IMG/VR virus record: IMGVR_UViG_3300034101_004588
Coordinates: 124,001 to 188,000 of that record
Length of the DNA: 64,000 nt
Strand: one strand, 5' to 3'
Position numbers and translations under genes: made by a program. Below, one piece after another: positions 46,879 to 56,410 of this stretch. How positions within the stretch are numbered: the stretch's first letter is position 1; the number at the start of each line of letters is the position of its first letter. The notes beneath the pieces are model-generated. The model was not told the DNA's origin. It worked only from the letters and a program-made list of their open reading frames with translations, and made no database searches.

Positions 46879-47178
46879 TTAGCGAGACAATTCTTGATCT
46901 AAATCAATTTTTTGAAATTCTAACTGGTTGGCTGCTTTTGATAAGATTATTTGAATCTCATTTAAAATTTGAGGCAATTCTTCAAAAGGTGTTTGTGTTT
47001 GTTGATGGACAAATTCAGCTGCAGTTTCTGTTTCTTTGGCTATTGATTTTAATCCAAGCAATAAAGAATCTAAATCTTTTTGCAAATTTTTTAAATTTTC
47101 AAATGAATATGTTTGTTCGTTAATCTGATTTAGATCTTTATATATGTTTTTTAAAATGTTTAAATCTTTGATGAGCAT
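46879..47178 (-). CDS. hypothetical late protein
   Basis: upstream TAAATA; helical. Confidence 0.5.
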   Translation of the reverse strand: MLIKDLNILKNIYKDLNQINEQTYSFENLKNLQKDLDSLLLGLKSIAKETETAAEFVHQQTQTPFEELPQILNEIQIILSKAANQLEFQKIDLDQELSR

Positions 47179-47210
47179 GATAAATATATTTAGTTTAAAA
47201 ATACATTTTT

Positions 47211-47621
47211 ATGAATTTACAATACAACTTACAACCAACTAGCTTTGTTTCAAACATTTCCTGTTTAAATGGTTTAACCGTGAATGGTACATTATCAACT
47301 ACTGGAAATTTATATACGAATCTTCCAATAATATTATCCCAATCTCCTTTAACCTACACATTTTCTTTATCAGATAAAGGAAAATTATATGGATCGATTG
47401 GGTCTGTGGTTTATATACCTAATGACAACACGACCAATTTTGAAATAGGTACACAGATAGCAATAGCTCAATTTAGTACAACAATTTTAACAATTTCTGC
47501 AGAACAAAACGTAATCGTAAGAAGTACTGAAAATAGACGAAATTTAAGAACACAAAATTCTATGGCGGTTATAATAAAAATAAACCCTAATGATTGGTTT
47601 TTATTTGGTGATCTGTTATGA
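47211..47621 (+). CDS. putative virion/tail accessory protein
   Basis: IPNDNTTNFEIGTQI...W.LFGDL pattern. Confidence 0.5.
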   Translation: MNLQYNLQPTSFVSNISCLNGLTVNGTLSTTGNLYTNLPIILSQSPLTYTFSLSDKGKLYGSIGSVVYIPNDNTTNFEIGTQIAIAQFSTTILTISAEQNVIVRSTENRRNLRTQNSMAVIIKINPNDWFLFGDLL

Positions 47622-48418
47622 ATCTATGTTTTTTTTCAGCTGCAGCAGGTGGCTTTGATATTAAAAAAATTTCAAATATTGTAATGTGGATTGATGCTTC
47701 GGATCCTAATGCATTATATACAGAAAGTATAAACGGAACCTTAGTAGAACCAAACAGTGCAATAGGTTTGGTTTTAGATAAATCTGGTAATCAATTTAAT
47801 TTAACTCAAAGCCTTTCAGTTAACAGACCTATAAGAAGAGAAAATGTTCAAAATTCTTTAGGAGTAATAGAATTTAATACACAAGATTACATCAAATTTC
47901 TTACAAGCCCTTCTCTTTTATTTGACGATTCTCAATGGTCTGTGTTTACAGTTTATAAATTTTTATCTGCTTCAGAGTTTAATTGTATATTAGAATTAGG
48001 AAGACCGAGACATTCAGGATCTTTTTTCGGATTTTCATTTACTCCAAGTAATAGTGTTCGTTCATCAGTTGCAGCAAGATCTAATACTAGTAGAGGAGGT
48101 CTTTTGAATATAACTTTAGGTACTAGTTTAAATACGTCTTCTTTTGAAGTACAAAGTTTTGTATGGAACAGAACTAATGCTACTTTAGCAACTAACCGAT
48201 ATTTAGAAGGTTCATCAACTATAGTTAGCGGGAATGTACAAACCCCAACAACACAACAAATAATTTTAGGTAGTGGTTATAGTTCAGGGGTTATACCGTT
48301 TCCAGATCTTGGAACAAATATACAAATTGCAGAAATAATTATTATTAAAAGAAATGTTTCTCCGGGTGAAAGAACCGCTATAGAAGAATATTTAAATAGA
48401 AAATGGAATTTATATTAA
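47618..48418 (+). CDS. LamG/concanavalin-like virion protein
   Basis: WIDASD...DKSGN...IAEIIII...IEEYLNRKW. Confidence 0.65.
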   Translation: MNLCFFSAAAGGFDIKKISNIVMWIDASDPNALYTESINGTLVEPNSAIGLVLDKSGNQFNLTQSLSVNRPIRRENVQNSLGVIEFNTQDYIKFLTSPSLLFDDSQWSVFTVYKFLSASEFNCILELGRPRHSGSFFGFSFTPSNSVRSSVAARSNTSRGGLLNITLGTSLNTSSFEVQSFVWNRTNATLATNRYLEGSSTIVSGNVQTPTTQQIILGSGYSSGVIPFPDLGTNIQIAEIIIIKRNVSPGERTAIEEYLNRKWNLY

Positions 48419-48690
48419 ATGGATTTTGCTTTCTTTTGTAAATGTTGTTCATAGGCAGAAGCTAATTTTGGATTAGTTTCTACCATCCATTCTCTGAAAG
48501 ATTTATTAGAATTTGTTTCTTTTTGTTTTGTTTTGGATTCTTGAGATTGATTCTCAAGCTCTTGTAATTTATTTAAATAAGATTTTAATTCTTGTAAATC
48601 TCTTTCATCATACGTTCCGGTAAATCTTTTATTGTTTACAAAACCGACATATCCTTGACCTGGAATCAATTTGTAAGAATATTTTAACAT
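48415..48690 (-). CDS. hypothetical protein
   Basis: packed ORF. Confidence 0.45.
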   Translation of the reverse strand: MLKYSYKLIPGQGYVGFVNNKRFTGTYDERDLQELKSYLNKLQELENQSQESKTKQKETNSNKSFREWMVETNPKLASAYEQHLQKKAKSI

Positions 48691-49968
48691 TTATTGTGCT
48701 CGTTGATCTGCTCTAGCTGCGGATCCCATATCATTTAAAGTGTCGTCTATTAATTTTGCCCAATACTTGTAAGTTTGACTCTTTTTACTATTTTTCATAA
48801 TAGAATCTTCCCATAAAACAGCTTCCCAATTTTCTTTATTTTGTTCTGCTAATTCCATGGCTTGAGCCATTCTTTTGTTAATACTTTCGTAATCTGTGTC
48901 TGCAAATAGATATAACAATTTACGCAATCTTGAATTCATGTCTTCATCTGCTGCATCTGGAGCTCTAACATTAATATATGTATGTTGTAATTCTGCTGGT
49001 AATTCTGTGTAATCTTTTGAATATATCTTTTTTCTAGTATCTATATAAGCTCTTTTTACTCTATAAGATGTAAAGTTTGTAAAATCTGAAGGACCTGCAT
49101 TACGAGTAACTTGATAAATTTGCTCGTCTTCTGTAAGAGGACGATAAACAAATAATTTTTCCAATCCTTTTAACTTTGGTTGCCATTCTTGAGAAATAAC
49201 CATATTCCAATCACCAACTCTTTCACGATTGTTCAACGCATTAGTTAATCTAAATTTACCATCTCTTTGAGCGTGAATAACTATAACGTGGTTGTCATCA
49301 GATACTGGTAAGGTTTCATCATACACAAAATAAACACTGGCACTAGTATCACCGGATCCAAATCTATAACTGTAAAATAAACTTCTTTCTATAGGATAAG
49401 AAATACACCATCCGTAGTATTTGCTGATATCTTTGCTTTCGTTTTTGGCTTCTTCTTCTTTTTCTTTTGATAGAAAACGTTTAAATAAAATACAAGAATT
49501 GGGATCTTTACCAAAATAAACATGAATTCCATTTTTCGGATCTTTGTATATTTCTTCAGCTCCGGTTTCTCCTTCTGCCATTTCAACTTTAGATGCTGCT
49601 TTTTCTGCCGGGTCTCTAAATTGATGGACTATTTTTTCTAGATCAGACCAATTATAAAATTCTACTTGAAGAGGTTGTTTTTTTAAATTTTCAAAACGGC
49701 GAACATCTTTTTGATTTCTTTCATCCGGTTTAATATCTCCACTATCTATATATTGTTGAACTAGTTCTTTAATACGATTAGATGTATTGTTGGCTGTTTT
49801 AAGTTGATCAAATCTTTGTAAGGTTGCTCGAATAGCTGTTTCTTCTACAAATGCTCCTGCTTGTGGTTTTAATCTTTTAATTTGTTGATTGAGAAACCCT
49901 TCACTGTATTCGTTCAAAATAATACCTCCATACACTTGTTCCAATAAAATTTGATCTTTGGTTCTCAT
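48691..49968 (-). CDS. putative internal head protein (KDQILLE leader)
   Basis: MRTKDQILLE; internal WCIS...FYSYR...YFVYD domain. Confidence 0.55.
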   Translation of the reverse strand: MRTKDQILLEQVYGGIILNEYSEGFLNQQIKRLKPQAGAFVEETAIRATLQRFDQLKTANNTSNRIKELVQQYIDSGDIKPDERNQKDVRRFENLKKQPLQVEFYNWSDLEKIVHQFRDPAEKAASKVEMAEGETGAEEIYKDPKNGIHVYFGKDPNSCILFKRFLSKEKEEEAKNESKDISKYYGWCISYPIERSLFYSYRFGSGDTSASVYFVYDETLPVSDDNHVIVIHAQRDGKFRLTNALNNRERVGDWNMVISQEWQPKLKGLEKLFVYRPLTEDEQIYQVTRNAGPSDFTNFTSYRVKRAYIDTRKKIYSKDYTELPAELQHTYINVRAPDAADEDMNSRLRKLLYLFADTDYESINKRMAQAMELAEQNKENWEAVLWEDSIMKNSKKSQTYKYWAKLIDDTLNDMGSAARADQRAQ

Positions 49969-49980
49969 CTATTTTAATAT

Positions 49981-50427
49981 TTACCAGTTTTGTTCATAAT
50001 ATTCTGCTCTGGTTAAAGATGGAGAACCTAATATATTTTCTATTCTTGAAACTACTTCTTCATCATCAATATTACAAGGACCTCCTACATGCCAATTATA
50101 TTCTTCTCTTGGTATGCGTTTTTCTCTATAGACATATATTGTAACTATTAATCCGTCTTCAAACTGTATTACCCATCTAGCTAAAACCTTATCGTCTTCT
50201 GTATAAATTGGTTTACCAAATTTATCTATCAATTGTTTGTGTGTTGTTTTTACGTATCCTTTTAAACAAGTACCAGATATTTCTATATCATTGCTATTAA
50301 TTTTTTTTATCTTATAGCGATTTGAAAAGGATCTCAAAGCTTGAACTTTATTTAAATCTGCTTCTAAAAGAGATGCATAAACATTTTTTAAGGTTTTAAA
50401 TTTTTTGGGTATATTACTTTTATTCAT
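49981..50427 (-). CDS. putative internal head protein
   Basis: SLLEAD...VQALRSF. Confidence 0.5.
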   Translation of the reverse strand: MNKSNIPKKFKTLKNVYASLLEADLNKVQALRSFSNRYKIKKINSNDIEISGTCLKGYVKTTHKQLIDKFGKPIYTEDDKVLARWVIQFEDGLIVTIYVYREKRIPREEYNWHVGGPCNIDDEEVVSRIENILGSPSLTRAEYYEQNW

Positions 50428-50428
50428 A

Positions 50429-50827
50429 TTAATACGAATTCCACATTTTTAACCATTTATCATAATTTGGTTCTATTTTTCCGTCTATTACCAATTCTCT
50501 TAATACCACTTCTGCAACTTTGAAAAGGTGAGAAGTTGGAGGTATTTCTGCATCCAAACTAGTATATTCACTGTCTGAAAATCTTTTTAAACTTATTAAT
50601 TCCATTTCTGGTTCTTCTAGAGCCCACTCAAACGTATACCTTGCTTCGTAATGGTCGTCTTTAGCAATAAAACTTAATATATAAATTTTATTGTCTTTAT
50701 CATAATCTTCGTTTTCTATTATAAAATCCCTGCCAGGTCCTAAGTCTTTATCAAAATCCATAAATTTTTTTAAACCTTGAATCTTATCATATTGAGATTC
50801 TAAAAGTATTTGATCCTTGGTTTTCAT
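50429..50827 (-). CDS. putative internal head protein
   Basis: MKTKDQILLE...IQGLKKF; paralog of the next gene. Confidence 0.55.
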   Translation of the reverse strand: MKTKDQILLESQYDKIQGLKKFMDFDKDLGPGRDFIIENEDYDKDNKIYILSFIAKDDHYEARYTFEWALEEPEMELISLKRFSDSEYTSLDAEIPPTSHLFKVAEVVLRELVIDGKIEPNYDKWLKMWNSY

Positions 50828-50842
50828 TTTTATTATTTAGGT

Positions 50843-51271
50843 TCAATAATCTGGTTTCCAAAAATGAGGCGGTATTTCTGGTTCCAGTTTACCTGCATCT
50901 ACCAAGGCTTCTATCTTTTCTTCTGCGTCTATAAAAAGTTTTGAACCAGGTGTTATTTCTGCTTCTAGATAATCATAATTTTCATCTGCATATCTTTTTA
51001 AACTCAAAAGTTTTATAATATGATCTGGATTCCAACCTTCGTATTTCCACCAAAAATTATATCTTGCTTCATAATAATCATCTTTAGCTTTAAAGGATAC
51101 CACATAAATTTTTGCTTGATAATTCGGAAATTCTGTGTCTTTATATAATATTTGAAAATGAGAAGGGTCTCCTAAATCCGATTCTCTTTCGGCAAACTTT
51201 TTAAGAGCTAAAATTTTATCTGTAGCTTCTCTTAATAATTGTAAATCCTTTTTATTCATGGACCATACCAC
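50843..51271 (-). CDS. putative internal head protein
   Basis: MNKKDLQLLRE...ILALKKF. Confidence 0.55.
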   Translation of the reverse strand: MVWSMNKKDLQLLREATDKILALKKFAERESDLGDPSHFQILYKDTEFPNYQAKIYVVSFKAKDDYYEARYNFWWKYEGWNPDHIIKLLSLKRYADENYDYLEAEITPGSKLFIDAEEKIEALVDAGKLEPEIPPHFWKPDY

Positions 51272-51744
51272 CTAGTTGATGCTGTGAAATAATCTAAAAA
51301 GTCATTGTAATCAGGTTCATTATAAAATGTTGTCAAATAATCATAAGCTTTACTTCCTAATTCTTCTGTTAAATCTTCAGACCAATTTTTTTTAAATTTT
51401 TCATAACCGCCATAATTTTCTAAAGTATCTTTGGTTGCTTTATCGTACAAAGCTTGGTGTAAGAATCCTTCATACTCTTGTTGTATTTCTCGAGAAGACA
51501 AATGGTCATAATAAAAATCTACATTTATTGGATTTAATTCTATATTTCTTTTTACATGGTCTAGATATTCTGGTAAAATAGACATATACAATTCTCTGGG
51601 AACACCCATGGAAGAGTTTTCATATTCGTCTATGGTTAGTTTTTTAACATGATCTAAAACATTAAGCTCTTTATTGGCAAATTGTTTAAACGCTTGTATC
51701 TTGTCGTATTGAGCTTCTAAAAGTATTTGGTCTTTATATTTCAT
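51256..51744 (-). CDS. putative internal head protein
   Basis: MKYKDQILLE...IQAFKQF. Confidence 0.55.
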   Translation of the reverse strand: MKYKDQILLEAQYDKIQAFKQFANKELNVLDHVKKLTIDEYENSSMGVPRELYMSILPEYLDHVKRNIELNPINVDFYYDHLSSREIQQEYEGFLHQALYDKATKDTLENYGGYEKFKKNWSEDLTEELGSKAYDYLTTFYNEPDYNDFLDYFTASTRWYGP

Positions 51745-52085
51745 TAAACAAATAATTCTACAACATCTTTAATATCTGGAATTATCATTTCTATATCATC
51801 TTGGTCTATCTCTTTTCCTTCTTTATCATAAAGAGGAGTTTCTAAATATTTTTGCGAAGATACCCAGTTTCTATAAAAATTATCAAATTCTGGTGTAGAT
51901 AAAAATCCAGCAAATGTTTGTATAGCAGAATTTAATTTATCTATATGTTCATTGTACTTGCTAATCATAAGACCGGCTTCTCGGCGATCTTTTTCATCTT
52001 TAGAAAAAGATTTTAGTCCTTGAATTTTTAGATTAGTTATTTCTTCTGCAGCTTCTTGTAATAATTGTAAATCTTTTTTTGTCAT
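51744..52085 (-). CDS. putative internal head protein
   Basis: MTKKDLQLLQE...IQGLKSF. Confidence 0.55.
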   Translation of the reverse strand: MTKKDLQLLQEAAEEITNLKIQGLKSFSKDEKDRREAGLMISKYNEHIDKLNSAIQTFAGFLSTPEFDNFYRNWVSSQKYLETPLYDKEGKEIDQDDIEMIIPDIKDVVELFV

Positions 52086-52402
52086 AATTGTTCACTTGCA
52101 TAAATGCCTAATTTTTTGTGAGCTTCATCTCTGTTTAAGAAATGCCATTTGTTGTTAGTTGGGTGTATAAAAGCGAATCCTTCTTCAGGTTTTCCTTTAT
52201 CATACCATTTATCGGCTTCTTCATCACTAGGAATACGACCTAATTTTTTAGGAAGATATTCGTCAAATATTTCTCGAAAAACAAAACCATGACCCATGCG
52301 AGTTTTATCATGGAATATTTTTCCGTATACTTTAATAGCGGGGTAAAGCTTAATGCCTCCACGAGCTTCAAAAATCAGACAAATATAATATGTATTAAAC
52401 AT
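52082..52402 (-). CDS. hypothetical late protein
   Basis: upstream TAAATA. Confidence 0.5.
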   Translation of the reverse strand: MFNTYYICLIFEARGGIKLYPAIKVYGKIFHDKTRMGHGFVFREIFDEYLPKKLGRIPSDEEADKWYDKGKPEEGFAFIHPTNNKWHFLNRDEAHKKLGIYASEQL

Positions 52403-52432
52403 ATCATATATTTATAGAAACCAGGTGGTATT

Positions 52433-52951
52433 CTAAAATACTTGCTGCAAAAACTCTGCTACTTCTTTATCTTTAATAGATTGTCCTTCATGCAGAATCT
52501 CACAAACAACCTTATACATATCAAAAGCCTTGCGTTCAAAAAACTTTGTTGCCTCTTCATATCCTAGAGTCTCAATCCAACAATTCATTTGTGGGTATTG
52601 AGGAGCAGCATGGAAGATACATCCATTATGAAAATTACCAATCCAACACAAAAGAAAGATTGCTCCTTTGACACCTTTTTCTTTAACCATGTATTCAAAG
52701 AATACAGCTCGTTCTTCTGGGTCTTTACCTACATACCGATTGAGCTTGGTAATATAAGAACCGTCTAAAAAGATAATCGAACGGCCTTTAGAAAGAACAT
52801 GATCCTTTAAAACGGAAACATTATTATCATTCATATAGACCTTACGAATAGTAGGCCATTTAACATTAACCCCTCTAGAGGAAAAAATAGACGAACCTAT
52901 CAAAGGTTGTCGATTCATTGACACTTTTTTATTTTGACGAAGATCTATCAT
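52433..52951 (-). CDS. hypothetical protein
   Basis: 172-aa ORF. Confidence 0.55.
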   Translation of the reverse strand: MIDLRQNKKVSMNRQPLIGSSIFSSRGVNVKWPTIRKVYMNDNNVSVLKDHVLSKGRSIIFLDGSYITKLNRYVGKDPEERAVFFEYMVKEKGVKGAIFLLCWIGNFHNGCIFHAAPQYPQMNCWIETLGYEEATKFFERKAFDMYKVVCEILHEGQSIKDKEVAEFLQQVF

Positions 52952-53195
52952 GTTTAAAATGATAGATTAAATTGGTGGGAAATACAAGAATATTATTCGG
53001 TTTTATATCTTTCTTTAATCCATTTAGATTTGAATTTTAAAGTCCAGTCGATCAAGGCTCGAGGAAATCCAATATCGTAACCCACTTTTTCTGACTCATA
53101 CCATTTGTGTTTATTGATCTCTTCTTTCATAGCCAAGAATTCTCGGTAAAGGCTAGTTTTTTCTATATTCACTCTATCTATTAATATTTATCATT

Positions 53196-53672
53196 TTAAG
53201 AGGTTATACGAAACGCAAATTCAACACCATCATTAGATTTAACTATTTTAAAACCATTTTGTTTATAAAAAGACATTAAATTTTTATGAGATGATTTGTT
53301 TTGCCCTGAAGAAATTTCTCCCGGAGATAATGCCATAAGGGTTCCTGAGGGATATTGCATGGCTAAAGTATTAATGATCTCTGAACCCCTACCTAATCCT
53401 CTTTGTGTAGAAAGTATTCTTAATAATTGAATCCATATATAGGTAAATTTTTTTGGTAGTTTTAAAGACCTTAGATATTTTGCTACCGGATCATTTTTGG
53501 GATCATCAAAATAAAAAAGATCAATAACCTCAGATATTGTCAGGTTTTCAGCAACGTCCCAATCGAAGTCTGCTATTTTTTTACCATCTTCTCGAACTTC
53601 TTCTCGAGACATATCAAATTCTAAAGACTCTAGAATTTGTTTTATTTTATTATTGAACCGATTCATTTTCAA
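53196..53672 (-). CDS. GNAT acetyltransferase-like protein
   Basis: QRGLGRGSEII (acetyl-CoA loop)...SFYKQNGF. Confidence 0.65.
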   Translation of the reverse strand: MKMNRFNNKIKQILESLEFDMSREEVREDGKKIADFDWDVAENLTISEVIDLFYFDDPKNDPVAKYLRSLKLPKKFTYIWIQLLRILSTQRGLGRGSEIINTLAMQYPSGTLMALSPGEISSGQNKSSHKNLMSFYKQNGFKIVKSNDGVEFAFRITS

Positions 53673-54018
53673 ACCAATAAATCATTCCATTAGGACCTTC
53701 TTCCATTTTTAGGTCATCATGTTTGATTCCTACTTTAGAAAGAAGATTGCCTAATCTTTCTCCAGTCGCTTGAAAATCAAATAAAGAATAATCCGTATTA
53801 AAAATTTGTTTATACATTTCATCTAAATCAGAAAACTTTTCTTGGTTATCATAAATTTTCTTCTTAGAAAAAAGACTATTGCCGAACATTTCTTTCAAAC
53901 GAGAAGCAAAGGTTTCAGACAATTCATCATAAGCTTTCATCTGAACTTTTTTCTGTTCTTTGGCTTGGTTAATTTTACCGTAAGTCTCTTCTAAGAGTAT
54001 TTGATCTTTATTTTTCAT
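53650..54018 (-). CDS. putative internal head protein
   Basis: MKNKDQILLEETYGKI. Confidence 0.55.
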   Translation of the reverse strand: MKNKDQILLEETYGKINQAKEQKKVQMKAYDELSETFASRLKEMFGNSLFSKKKIYDNQEKFSDLDEMYKQIFNTDYSLFDFQATGERLGNLLSKVGIKHDDLKMEEGPNGMIYWFENESVQ

Positions 54019-54022
54019 AAAA

Positions 54023-54274
54023 TTATTCTTTAGATTCTGTATATTTTAGATGTCTTAATATATCTTCAAAGACCTCGACTACATTATTAAAATTACCCCA
54101 ATAACCTAATCCATCTTGATTCTCGGCCTCATCAATATATTCATTAAAAGCTTCCATGACCTTATTTTTAAAACGCCAGAGTTCTTCTTCTTGAAAATCT
54201 TGTAAGGCCTGTAGTTTTGGATTTACAATTTTATCCATTTCCGCTTCCAAGAGTATTTGATCTTTAGATCGCAT
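54023..54274 (-). CDS. putative internal head protein
   Basis: MRSKDQILLE...LQALQDF; upstream TAAATA. Confidence 0.55.
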   Translation of the reverse strand: MRSKDQILLEAEMDKIVNPKLQALQDFQEEELWRFKNKVMEAFNEYIDEAENQDGLGYWGNFNNVVEVFEDILRHLKYTESKE

Positions 54275-54988
54275 ATTATTCTATTTACCCAACTTTTAAA
54301 GAGAATTCTCTTTATTACTCTTTATAATAAGAGTATGGCTTATATCAATACCGATATTCCTTTATTCTCTTGTCTGCTAGATACTAGCTTTCTTTATGAT
54401 AAAGACCCAAGAACCACCCAAGAATATCTTAAAGTAGAGGTCTTTGGATTTACTTCTCTTAATCGAAGATGCGGTCTCTTCTCGGTTATGTCAGAAATGG
54501 GTAGTGTTCATACTCGAGTACCTCTTCATTACCTTATAGCCGAGGACACGGATAATCCCTCTCATTACCCGCTCGACTGGTTGCAACTTTGGGATTCCTA
54601 TTCTCCTTATGTGCAATGTATAAGATATGAGTACCTCAAAAACCTCACTTGTAAGATCTGCCTGAAAGATAGGAACTATGAGTCGGCTCGCTATCTCATG
54701 ACCTTTGATTGGTGCTATGGACCGGAATTCACCACCGGACAAAGTGAAAATCCGGGAGGTCATAAACAAGGACATCTACTAAAGGGCGATCACGGACAAT
54801 ACTATATACAACCGGGTAATAGAATAATCTGGAGAGACGGAGGAGCCTGGATTGGTAAAGAATTACAAGGGCATGAAAAATGGAAAGTCTTTTCTAAAGA
54901 GTTCTCTTGTGAACAAACAGGTTCTCGATGGTTTGCCGGAGAAGAAGAATTACACTTCTACCAATTTGAAAAGAATAAAGACAGGTGA
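54257..54988 (+). CDS. phage hypothetical protein (start probably MAYINTD, 54334)
   Basis: LQLWDSY...YLMTFDW...HKQGH...QPGNR. Confidence 0.6.
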   Translation: MIFRSHIILFTQLLKRILFITLYNKSMAYINTDIPLFSCLLDTSFLYDKDPRTTQEYLKVEVFGFTSLNRRCGLFSVMSEMGSVHTRVPLHYLIAEDTDNPSHYPLDWLQLWDSYSPYVQCIRYEYLKNLTCKICLKDRNYESARYLMTFDWCYGPEFTTGQSENPGGHKQGHLLKGDHGQYYIQPGNRIIWRDGGAWIGKELQGHEKWKVFSKEFSCEQTGSRWFAGEEELHFYQFEKNKDR

Positions 54989-55121
54989 TATAAAGATAAA
55001 GGGGTACCTATATAAAGGGGTAGGTACCGGGATTGCCCCGAGACCCGGGTATCGATTATTCTCGTCTATTATTGTTTTTGAACTGCCGGGGTCCTAGGAT
55101 ACCGCCCGTTGTCGTATTAAC

Positions 55122-55150
55122 TTGCTTTTCCCTAGAATCCGATTTATAAT
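55122..55150 (+). promoter_or_regulatory. sigma70-type promoter facing into the early block
   Basis: TTGCTT-17 bp (TTCCC...)-TATAAT. Confidence 0.6.
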
Positions 55151-55198
55151 TCCGCGCCTAGGGTTTCTTGGTCAAGGGGTTCGAACCCAGGTGACCTT

Positions 55199-55498
55199 CT
55201 ACAGCTCGTACCCTTCAGACTCTTTCTTAGACTGGTGTTGATCCACGTGCCTGGCTAGCCGGCGAAGCTCTTGGCGGCACATCTCCTTAGCTTCTTCATT
55301 AGCCGAGGACTCCAGAACCGTCATACAGATATTCACCGCCTCTTCCCAAGAAGGGGTTAGGTCAATGACTCGACGATTGGTGTTGGCAGGAAGAGCTTGG
55401 AAGGCTTCGGCCATCTCTTCATTAGCTTCGGACTCGGTGACATAGACTTCTTCACATTGCACTTGAGTGTTGAAGTCATCGGTGTAGTTCTTATTCAT
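55199..55498 (-). CDS. early hypothetical protein
   Basis: own promoter at 55509-55537. Confidence 0.6.
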   Translation of the reverse strand: MNKNYTDDFNTQVQCEEVYVTESEANEEMAEAFQALPANTNRRVIDLTPSWEEAVNICMTVLESSANEEAKEMCRQELRRLARHVDQHQSKKESEGYEL

Positions 55499-55646
55499 AA
55501 CAGTTATTAGTGTAGAGACTATTTGGGGGAAACACCAGACTTTCTTTTTATTCTCTCAAAGTAATTTTAACGATGAAAGTAATCCTGCCTTTGTATTATT
55601 TTATACCGTTGTATTAAATTGCGGACTGCTATGAGAGATAAAAGAA

Positions 55647-55680
55647 CCCTCCAGCTTCCTATTACGGAAGCTGGAGGGGG
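55647..55680 (-). terminator. intrinsic terminator
   Basis: CCCTCCAGCTTCC-TATTAC-GGAAGCTGGAGGG with a flanking A run. Confidence 0.7.
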
Positions 55681-55722
55681 TTTCGTTGACACGGGTTCCT
55701 CTACTCAGAGGACCGAGAGTGT

Positions 55723-56088
55723 TTACTTCTTCCGCTTCTTCTTAGCGGCTTTCTTGACCGGAGCCTCTTCAACCGCAACTGTCACCATCTCCTCTTCAAT
55801 CTTAGCCTCGACCGCTTCTTTGACCTTAGGGTCAGCGGCGATGACTTCGAACTTGGGCTTGGAGACTTTGGCCGAGGAGACTTTCTCTTCGGTGTACTCT
55901 ACGCCGATCCCGAGGAAGGATCCTTTGCCGTTGGAGGCGGTGATCCGACGAAGCGCTCCGAAGACGGGACGATACTCGGCGGTGATGTTGTATTCGCTAG
56001 CGAGAGTGTCGATAACGAACTTCGGGGTGACCGTTTCATTCTTCATCAGAATGTCGCGGATGGCTTTGCTCATTGGGTTCTTTTCCAT
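55723..56088 (-). CDS. early hypothetical protein with K/A-rich tail
   Basis: C-terminal APVKKAAKKKRKK. Confidence 0.55.
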   Translation of the reverse strand: MEKNPMSKAIRDILMKNETVTPKFVIDTLASEYNITAEYRPVFGALRRITASNGKGSFLGIGVEYTEEKVSSAKVSKPKFEVIAADPKVKEAVEAKIEEEMVTVAVEEAPVKKAAKKKRKK

Positions 56089-56180
56089 ATTTTTATTTTA
56101 TTGGTTGTTTCTCTTGAGAGGTGGTCTCTCTTGATTGTTTATATCTTAAAGGTTTTTCTCGGGACTGGCAACCGGGTTTT

Positions 56181-56372
56181 TTAAATTTCGAAAGCCTTGG
56201 CATACCCCGACACTCGCGGCGAGAAGCAACGATCTTCGTTGATGATGCCATTGAGGTCATGTCCGATAGTGGAGACTATCGCCGCGTACTTCTCCTTAGA
56301 GCTGTACGTGGGGTGGTTGTGAACAAACCTGACATAAGCCAGGAGGTCTTTGAGGAAGGTTTTATCTTTCAT
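56181..56372 (-). CDS. early hypothetical protein (start MKDKTF)
   Basis: promoter immediately upstream. Confidence 0.5.
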   Translation of the reverse strand: MKDKTFLKDLLAYVRFVHNHPTYSSKEKYAAIVSTIGHDLNGIINEDRCFSPRVSGYAKAFEI

Positions 56373-56410
56373 AGTCTTTATTATGGAGGAAATAAGGGGG
56401 AAGAGCCACC

